Shown piece by piece: positions 1 to 6,051 of a DNA stretch of 32,000 bases. Below the pieces are notes generated by a model. The model was not told where the DNA came from, did no database searches, and worked only from the letters and a program-made list of their open reading frames with translations. Source of the DNA: Patescibacteria group bacterium (GTDB lineage: Bacteria; Patescibacteriota; Patescibacteriia; 2-01-FULL-39-33). Where the stretch lies: positions 60,001 to 92,000 of the forward strand of contig JBAZRV010000001.1 in assembly GCA_041662745.1 (NCBI GenBank). Direction: 5' to 3'. A program made the position numbers and the translations under genes. How positions within the stretch are numbered: the first letter of the stretch is position 1; each line of letters begins with the position of its first letter.

Positions 1-22
1 TTTTTACGGCGTCAGGCAGCCG

Positions 23-346
23 CTAGGCCAATCGTCGGTCATACTTTTGATCTAATTCTTTCTGTTGTTTTTGACGACGCAACTTACGAAATCTTTTGCG
101 CGCCACTTGGTAATAATAAGTACCCACCATGGTGCCCAGGGCGCAGCCCAAGGCATAAAGCAAAGCCAGCGACCAATTGTCAACATTGTCAACAATCGTC
201 CGTACCACATAATACCAGATCAAGATATTGATCACGGTAATAGCTCCGCTAGACCAAACTTTGGTTTCCGTAACCGCTTTGGTCCATAGGGTAACTATAA
301 GCATTTCCACGGCGCCCACAAAAAATAGAATGATGCTTATTTTCAT
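23..346 (-). CDS. small multi-pass membrane protein (reminiscent of the UPF0316/DUF5698 membrane domain)
   Basis: 107-aa ORF with three hydrophobic segments followed by a K/R/Q-rich tail. The family resemblance is from memory only. Confidence 0.45.
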   Translation of the reverse strand: MKISIILFFVGAVEMLIVTLWTKAVTETKVWSSGAITVINILIWYYVVRTIVDNVDNWSLALLYALGCALGTMVGTYYYQVARKRFRKLRRQKQQKELDQKYDRRLA

Positions 347-451
347 AAATTTGTGGGTTTAATTCCGCTGATTAATTCAGGGAATCATTAATTTTAACGA
401 CCTTTTTAATGAAAAAACGCCCGCTCACGCGTACGCTTTATTCATGCCTTA

Positions 452-480
452 AGTATAGACCTTTCAGAGCCTTTTGTCAA
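452..480 (-). promoter_or_regulatory. sigma70-type promoter, TTGACA-17 nt-TATACT
   Basis: Minus strand: -35 TTGACA (475-480), exact 17-nt spacer, -10 TATACT (452-457). It lies about 105 nt upstream of the ATG at 346. Confidence 0.6.
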
Positions 481-506
481 TCAAAAACCCATAAAACATA
501 ACCTGA

Positions 507-1871
507 TTATTTGATCAACTTCTCAGTTTTCAACAGCAATTCCGCCAGAACCTCCCTGCTCCGCGCTTCAACATTCAAACGCGCCAGAGGTTCGGTATGC
601 GACGGCCGGATGTTAAGATACCATCGCTCTCCCCTGTCCTTGATTGACAGTCCGTCAAGAACGGAAAACTCCGCTCCCTTGAACTCCTGCCTGAATTTTT
701 TAGCCAACCGATCAAAGTCTTTAACCTTATAATTCTTCTCTCCGGAAATAGCATAAGCAGACGAATATTTAGCGATGGCCTGCGACAAGGTTAATTTATT
801 ACTTTTAAGATAGGACAGGATAAGCAGAATCGGCAAAATCGCATCGCCCCAAACATAATTTTTCTTTCGGCCGAACAAGCGATAATTGAACATAAAATGG
901 CCGGAGTTCTCGCAACCGAACAGGATTTTTTTCTGATTCATGGTCTTGATGATGTTGGCGTAGCCGGCGCGATGCGCCAAGGCTTCACTGCCCCTGGCGC
1001 GGATCAATTCCGCCAAACCCAAACCTAAACGAGCGTCAATAACAATCCTTATCTTCGGCTTGTCAGCCAAAATTAACTCTGTTAGCAGACAATTCAAATA
1101 ATACGGTTCAACAAACTTGCCCTTCTCATCAATGAATATCGCCCGATCGGCGTCACCGTCAAAAACTATTCCCAAATCGGCTTTTGCCGTCTTGATTTCC
1201 TTTACGATCGGCAGTTGATTCTCTTTGACCAAGGGATTAGGGCCATGATCGGGATAGGGATCGCCGGAAAAAAAATTCATCCGCGTTGTTTTTATCGGCA
1301 AAAAAGAAAAAACCGTCTCAGCCAAACGCGCTCCCGAACCGCCGGAAGCGTCTACCACGACATTCATTCCCTTCAATATTTGAGGGTTGATTAAAGATAG
1401 GACAAAATCACGGTATTCCTTGGTTACCGAAAAAAAATCGGCCTGCGGTTTGCCCATTGTTTGCTGTTTGATCTTACCGACCTGGATTTTAATTTTCTTT
1501 AGTCCGGTCTTAAGCCCGAAAACCCGGCCACGGCTGTCGCAGAATTTCACTCCGGTTTCTCCTGCCGGACTGTGGCTGGCCGTAATCATGGCGCCGGCGG
1601 GAAAATCATGCTCGCCGACGGCAAAAAATAATTCCGGCGTGGCGCAGACGCCCAAATCATAAACCTTTACGCCGCCCTTGTTCAGGCCGGCCAATAACGG
1701 CCAGAATACTTTTTCTGATTCCAAGCGGGCATCGCGACCGCAGATTATCTTTTTGGCTTTGGTCACTTTAGCGAAAGCCAAACCCAAAGCAAACGCTGTG
1801 TGTTCATCCAATTCCTGCGGATATTTACCGCGGATATCGTACTCTTTAAAGATTTTGGGGTTGATATTCAT
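507..1871 (-). CDS. phosphomannomutase/phosphoglucomutase (alpha-D-phosphohexomutase family)
   Basis: 454 aa. Contains the active-site loop TASHSPAGETG (family TASHNP motif) and the Mg-binding FDGDADR motif. The 4-nt ATGA overlap with the upstream HD gene indicates an operon. Confidence 0.9.
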   Translation of the reverse strand: MNINPKIFKEYDIRGKYPQELDEHTAFALGLAFAKVTKAKKIICGRDARLESEKVFWPLLAGLNKGGVKVYDLGVCATPELFFAVGEHDFPAGAMITASHSPAGETGVKFCDSRGRVFGLKTGLKKIKIQVGKIKQQTMGKPQADFFSVTKEYRDFVLSLINPQILKGMNVVVDASGGSGARLAETVFSFLPIKTTRMNFFSGDPYPDHGPNPLVKENQLPIVKEIKTAKADLGIVFDGDADRAIFIDEKGKFVEPYYLNCLLTELILADKPKIRIVIDARLGLGLAELIRARGSEALAHRAGYANIIKTMNQKKILFGCENSGHFMFNYRLFGRKKNYVWGDAILPILLILSYLKSNKLTLSQAIAKYSSAYAISGEKNYKVKDFDRLAKKFRQEFKGAEFSVLDGLSIKDRGERWYLNIRPSHTEPLARLNVEARSREVLAELLLKTEKLIK

Positions 1872-2476
1872 AAATCAATTTTCTCATATTCTTTAATGAC
1901 CATTTTCCAAGCCCGATGAAGCGGGGTTAGCGCCTTTTTCACCTCCGGAAAGGCGGCGAGATCGCGATAGTCGCGAGCCATTTTGCCATAAGCGCGAAAA
2001 GGTTGTTTTTTGGCTTTATCAACGCAAGCGATGTCCATATACATAAAATCAGTTATATGACTGGCTGAATCGGCGCAAGCCACAATTTTTGCTTCTAACG
2101 TTTCCGGCATAACATCCTTACAACGATGAGCGCGAATAGCATGCAAAGCTTTTTTCATTTTATCTTTAGGATATTTTTCTTGCTGAAAAAACTTTTTTGC
2201 TATTTCAGCGCTGCGTTTAGCGTGATCAATTGATGCGGACATGGGATAGTGGCCGATATCATGCAACCAAACTCCCAATAATACTGTTTCCTTATCGGCC
2301 GTAGGGTGTTTTTTACACAAATATAAGGCCCATCTTTCCACTTCCGGCACATGTCTTAAAAGACCAAAGGGATCATCGCCGAATTTATTAACACTTAAAA
2401 CATTGCCCAAATCACCCTTGGACTTCTTAACTCTGTCTTGGAATAGTTTTTTTGCTTTAATAACGATACTTTTCAT
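1868..2476 (-). CDS. HD-domain metal-dependent phosphohydrolase
   Basis: 202 aa with the H...HD signature (WLHDIGH) and further His residues (HAIRAH). Specificity is unknown. Confidence 0.75.
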   Translation of the reverse strand: MKSIVIKAKKLFQDRVKKSKGDLGNVLSVNKFGDDPFGLLRHVPEVERWALYLCKKHPTADKETVLLGVWLHDIGHYPMSASIDHAKRSAEIAKKFFQQEKYPKDKMKKALHAIRAHRCKDVMPETLEAKIVACADSASHITDFMYMDIACVDKAKKQPFRAYGKMARDYRDLAAFPEVKKALTPLHRAWKMVIKEYEKIDL

Positions 2477-2478
2477 AT

Positions 2479-3228
2479 TTACATTCTACCATTTTTAACC
2501 GCGATCGCCAAAAGATTATCGCCGTACATAATGCCTTTTTTGCCTTCACTTTTAGCCTTGAACTCTAATTCCTCAATGATAAATCCGGCTCGCCTCAACA
2601 AACGGCGGGTTTCTCCCTTGGTGAAGGAGTGGATATAGCGCTTAGTGTCTCTCCCGCCCGATTTCCAAGGCACAAAAGCATCGCTCATAGCCCAGGCGCC
2701 CCAACGGATTTTTTCCAGCCAATTAAAAAGATAGGGATAATAGCGGAATCTTTTTTTCCAACCGAACACTTGCCACAAATTCCAATTCACCATGACCAAT
2801 CGCCCGCCGGGTTGCAGAATGTCATGGATGTTTTTTAACGCTCGCCAGCGCAATTGCCTACTCGGCAAATGATGCAGAACAGCAATTAGTAAAACTAAAT
2901 CGTAAGAATTATTCTTAAACTGCAAATTATTAATATCCCCGACCTCAAATTTCACCCACGGCTTGTCCTTAAATCTTTCGCGGGCGATTTTTATCAATTC
3001 TTCGCTATTGTCAATACCCAAATATTCCACCTTTGAATCGGCAAAAATCTCGGCCATCCGGCCATTGCCACAGCCGATATCCAAAACCCTGTTCCCCGGC
3101 TTGACATATTTGGCAAAATCGCCGAAACCGCGCCACCAGTGGCCGCGCGTATCTGAAAAGTCTAAGGCAATCTCATTGTAAAACCCTTTAGTCTGTCCGA
3201 GTATTTTTTGTGTTTTTTTCCGGATCAT
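2479..3228 (-). CDS. class I SAM-dependent methyltransferase, Trm9/ALKBH8-MTase-like
   Basis: SAM motif I is VLDIGCGNG. Several blocks resemble my recollection of yeast Trm9: YNEIALDFSDTR (YNEIAPHFSQTR), LIAVLHHLPSRQLR (IAVVHHWSTRERR), DAFVPW (DVFVPW) and KRYIHSFTKGE (RYYHLYREGE). Confidence 0.7.
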   Translation of the reverse strand: MIRKKTQKILGQTKGFYNEIALDFSDTRGHWWRGFGDFAKYVKPGNRVLDIGCGNGRMAEIFADSKVEYLGIDNSEELIKIARERFKDKPWVKFEVGDINNLQFKNNSYDLVLLIAVLHHLPSRQLRWRALKNIHDILQPGGRLVMVNWNLWQVFGWKKRFRYYPYLFNWLEKIRWGAWAMSDAFVPWKSGGRDTKRYIHSFTKGETRRLLRRAGFIIEELEFKAKSEGKKGIMYGDNLLAIAVKNGRM

Positions 3229-3255
3229 AACAAACTAACTTTAGCATTTTTTTGG

Positions 3256-3291
3256 CAAAAATAAAACCGCGCTGGCAATAAGCCAGCGCGG
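3256..3291 (-). terminator. rho-independent terminator downstream of paralog A
   Basis: 10-bp GC-rich stem ccgcgctggc / gccagcgcgg (3267-3276 / 3282-3291) with a 5-nt loop, followed on the minus strand by a U-rich tract (plus-strand A-run 3257-3266). Confidence 0.7.
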
Positions 3292-3344
3292 GAAAATAAC
3301 GATTCCAAGAGGTCAAGGTTCAAGGAATCAAGGTGACAAGCCTG

Positions 3345-3386
3345 CCTACCGGCAGGCAGGCTCGGCCTACCGGCGGGCAGGCTCGC
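3345..3386. repeat. 21-bp tandem duplication (2 copies, 2 mismatches) spanning the stop codon of paralog A
   Basis: cctaccggcaggcaggctcgg (3345-3365) and cctaccggcgggcaggctcgc (3366-3386). The TAG stop (3367-3369) lies in copy 2, and the equivalent 'cta' recurs in copy 1. Confidence 0.9.
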
Positions 3387-4104
3387 GGACAACAGCGAAC
3401 CGCCAAACGCCGCTGAAGCCACCCCCAAGACAGTCCAGGCTCAGAGCGCGCCTCGCACCATCCCCGCTGAGGCAAGCGAAGAAGCGGTAGCCGGCACGGC
3501 GCCAAATTGAACCCAGTGCGGCAATGGGGTATAGCCGTTGCAATTCGGGGTGGGCCGCACCCAGAGCCAGCAGTTCTTCAATCTGAGCAAAAAGATAGCG
3601 ATAATTCGCTCCTTGCTTGGCCAGCCAATCATTGACTTCTTTCAATTTGGCAATAATCTGATCGCCATTGCTGAAATCCCGATTGAAGTGGAGTAATTCC
3701 ACTTTGATTTTCCGCTTACCCGCTCCATTGAAAGGGAAATGATCGGCGATGATGTTGGGATTGGGCCAGTCATAGCGGCCGGCGGCGATCATCTGCGCGA
3801 GATTCTTACTGGGATCAATGATCACATCGTAAACGCCGACCAGATAAGAGGAGACAATTTGTTTGGCGGCGATCCTTGTCTTTTGGGTCGCAGGCATCTC
3901 GGCGACAATCAATTCTCCTATCTTGCGAATCGTACCCTCGCCATTAACGCTCGCCAAATAAAGAAGGCACCTGTCAAAATCACCGCCAAGTTCGCCTATA
4001 ACCTTGATCAAGGTGGCGACAATCTCGGTAATCCTGCCCCAATACTTTAGGAGCAACCTCACTGTTATTTCCGCTTCGGCTTTGTTTGGATTTCTCTTGC
4101 CCAT
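3367..4104 (-). CDS. hypothetical protein, paralog A of a 245-aa GC-rich family
   Basis: 245 aa and full-length homologous to 10393..11130. Shared blocks include AAKQIV, MIAAG-YD, ELL-FN--FSNGDQ-IAKL-EVNDWLA-QGA, ELLALGAAHP-LQRL-PIAALGSIW and WRFAVVREP. It has its own consensus promoter, an AAGGAGAAG RBS and a terminator. I recognise no catalytic motif. Confidence 0.8.
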   Translation of the reverse strand: MGKRNPNKAEAEITVRLLLKYWGRITEIVATLIKVIGELGGDFDRCLLYLASVNGEGTIRKIGELIVAEMPATQKTRIAAKQIVSSYLVGVYDVIIDPSKNLAQMIAAGRYDWPNPNIIADHFPFNGAGKRKIKVELLHFNRDFSNGDQIIAKLKEVNDWLAKQGANYRYLFAQIEELLALGAAHPELQRLYPIAALGSIWRRAGYRFFACLSGDGARRALSLDCLGGGFSGVWRFAVVREPARR

Positions 4105-4210
4105 GTCTCTTCTCCTTTTTTGGCCTAATCCCTCATCTCGACCCTATGCCGAAACCCCAGATTAGCCGTTTTTAGGTGCGAATCAGCTTTGCCCGCGGGG
4201 CAAAAGCTAA
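4105..4210 (-). promoter_or_regulatory. conserved, probably structured 5' leader of paralog A
   Basis: The RNA begins with a 5' hairpin (arms 4185-4194 / 4198-4208), followed by GCACCUAAAAAC (4168-4179). A second helix pairs GGCUAAUC (4160-4167) with GAUUAGGCC (4122-4130), followed by CCAAAAAAGGAGAAG and the ATG. The same architecture occurs upstream of paralog B with compensatory changes. Confidence 0.5.
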
Positions 4211-4216
4211 TAGATG

Positions 4217-4245
4217 ATTATATTGCCTAAATAGTTATTTGTCAA
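4217..4245 (-). promoter_or_regulatory. perfect-consensus sigma70 promoter (TTGACA-17-TATAAT) of paralog A
   Basis: Minus strand: TTGACA at 4240-4245, 17-nt spacer, TATAAT at 4217-4222. Confidence 0.75.
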
Positions 4246-4317
4246 TATCTTTGATTTTTGCCTTAGCCAAGTAGATTATATTTTTAGCCAAATTTAAACA
4301 AAAACATAGTAGAATTA

Positions 4318-4346
4318 TTGAAAATTAAACGGATTAATGCTATCAT
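4318..4346 (+). promoter_or_regulatory. promoter with extended -10 placed for a leaderless elp3 transcript
   Basis: TTGAAA (4318-4323), 17-nt spacer, TGcTATCAT (-10 at 4341-4346). Only 6 nt separate the -10 from the ATG at 4353, and there is no SD. Confidence 0.6.
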
Positions 4347-4352
4347 TTCCAG

Positions 4353-5945
4353 ATGAAAAACAAGGAGAAACAATTAGCTGAAATTGTCTTAAAAATTACC
4401 CAAAGCAATCCTGTCTCAGATAAGGAGTTATTTAATATTGTCCGCTCAATTTCAGGAAAACAGAAACTCCCGCCACCGGAAAAATCCGCCTTGCTTGCCC
4501 AATACCGCCGATTAATCAAAGCAAAAAAAATCAAGCCGGATAAAAATCTGGAGCGGCTTTTGACTAAACGCGCCGTCCGCACGCTTTCCGGCGTAGCCGT
4601 GATCTCCGTCTTAACCAAACCGCAACCCTGCCCAGGCGACTGCCTGTTCTGTCCGACGGAAAGGGCTATGCCCAAATCCTATTTGAGCAATGAGCCGGCG
4701 GTGATGCGCGCCATCTTAAACGACTTTGATCCTTACCGCCAAGTGACAATGCGGCTTAAGGCGCTTGAAGCCAACGGCCATAAGACGGAAAAAATAGAGC
4801 TTATCATCATGGGAGGCACCTGGTCATATCACCCCACCAGATATCAAAAATGGTTCATCAAACGCTGTTTGGAAGCGCTTAACGGCCGAGCGGCAAAAAC
4901 CCTGCAAGAAGCGCAAAACAAAAACGAAACAGCCAAGCATCGCTGTATCGGCCTCACCTTGGAAACCCGGCCGGATTATATCACGCCCCAAGAAATTAAT
5001 CGCTTGCGCGAATTGGGCTGTACCCGGGTGGAATTGGGCGTCCAGCATACCGATGACAAAATCTTGAAATTAAACCGCCGCGGCCATACGGCCAGACAAA
5101 GCATTGAAGCAATCCGCTTACTTAAAGATGCCGGTTTCAAAATCAATCTGCACTTGATGCCTAATATGTACGGTTCTACGCCGGCTAAAGATCTGGCGCT
5201 GTTTAAAAAAATCTTTACCGACGGCGATTATATGCCGGATATGGTTAAAATCTATCCTTGCGTGGTGAATAAGAACGCCGATTTATATCGTTTATACAAA
5301 CAGGGAAAACATAAGCCGTATACGCCCCAACAATTGCTTGGATTGCTGATAAAAATAAAAAAAATCGCTCCACCCTGGGTGCGCATCACTCGTCTCATCC
5401 GCGATATTCCCGAAGAATCAATCGTCGCCGGCAATAAAATCACTAACTTGCGCCAATTAATCAACGAACAAGCGGCTAAAGACGGTTGGTCTTGCAAATG
5501 TATCAGATGCCGAGAAGCGGGTCACGCCGGCATGACCGGCGAATTAAAATTAAAAGGTCAAAAATCAAAATTAATCAATAGAAAATATCAGGCCAATGGC
5601 GGAACGGAATATTTCTTGAGTTTTGAATCGCCGGATGAAAAAATACTTTACGCTTTCCTGCGTCTGCGCCTGCCGGAGCAAGCAAAAAAATCTTTTTTGC
5701 CGGAATTACAAAACGCCGCGCTGATCCGCGAACTGCATACTTACGGCCGAGCCCTGGAGTTGGGCGGTGAAGGCCAGATCCAGCACTCGGGCTTGGGCAA
5801 AAAACTTTTAGCGGAAGCGGAAAAACTCGCCCGGCAAAAAAATTACGAAAAAATTGCCATTATTGCCGGCATCGGCGTGCGTGAATATTACAAAAAATTA
5901 AATTATAGTTTAGAGGGAACCTACATGGTAAAATATCTCAAATAA
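4353..5945 (+). CDS. elp3: Elp3-type radical SAM/GNAT enzyme (tRNA U34 cm5-type modification)
   Basis: 530 aa. N-terminal radical-SAM cysteine cluster CPGDCLFCP, a central TIM-barrel-like region (ELIIMGGTW, GLTLETRPD, VELGVQ) and a C-terminal GNAT motif (IQHSGLGKKLLAEAE). The domain order is typical of Elp3. Confidence 0.9.
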   Translation: MKNKEKQLAEIVLKITQSNPVSDKELFNIVRSISGKQKLPPPEKSALLAQYRRLIKAKKIKPDKNLERLLTKRAVRTLSGVAVISVLTKPQPCPGDCLFCPTERAMPKSYLSNEPAVMRAILNDFDPYRQVTMRLKALEANGHKTEKIELIIMGGTWSYHPTRYQKWFIKRCLEALNGRAAKTLQEAQNKNETAKHRCIGLTLETRPDYITPQEINRLRELGCTRVELGVQHTDDKILKLNRRGHTARQSIEAIRLLKDAGFKINLHLMPNMYGSTPAKDLALFKKIFTDGDYMPDMVKIYPCVVNKNADLYRLYKQGKHKPYTPQQLLGLLIKIKKIAPPWVRITRLIRDIPEESIVAGNKITNLRQLINEQAAKDGWSCKCIRCREAGHAGMTGELKLKGQKSKLINRKYQANGGTEYFLSFESPDEKILYAFLRLRLPEQAKKSFLPELQNAALIRELHTYGRALELGGEGQIQHSGLGKKLLAEAEKLARQKNYEKIAIIAGIGVREYYKKLNYSLEGTYMVKYLK

Positions 5946-5990
5946 TATAATCCACACCTAAAACATAATTGAATAATCGCCGATTCAAAA

Positions 5991-6019
5991 AGCAACCGAT
6001 TAATGCCGGTTGCTTTTGT
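5991..6019. terminator. bidirectional hairpin terminator between convergent elp3 and the beta-helix gene
   Basis: Arms agcaaccg (5991-5998) and cggttgct (6007-6014), followed by tttt on the plus strand and preceded by an A-run. Confidence 0.7.
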
Positions 6020-6051
6020 TATTCCGCTGTTTGGCCGGATGTTTTTAATGG

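Noticed and set aside
411-436. A terminator-like GC segment followed by T6 (minus strand) inside the leader of 23..346.
   Set aside because: The best stem is only about 4 bp. It may be a weak attenuator or the pmm-operon terminator, but the support is too thin to call.
3225-3505. ORFs of 67 and 61 aa across the terminator and tandem-repeat region downstream of paralog A.
   Set aside because: They are composed of the repeat and hairpin sequence, with Pro/Ala/Gly/Arg-rich nonsense translations. They overlap the real CDS end and its terminator.
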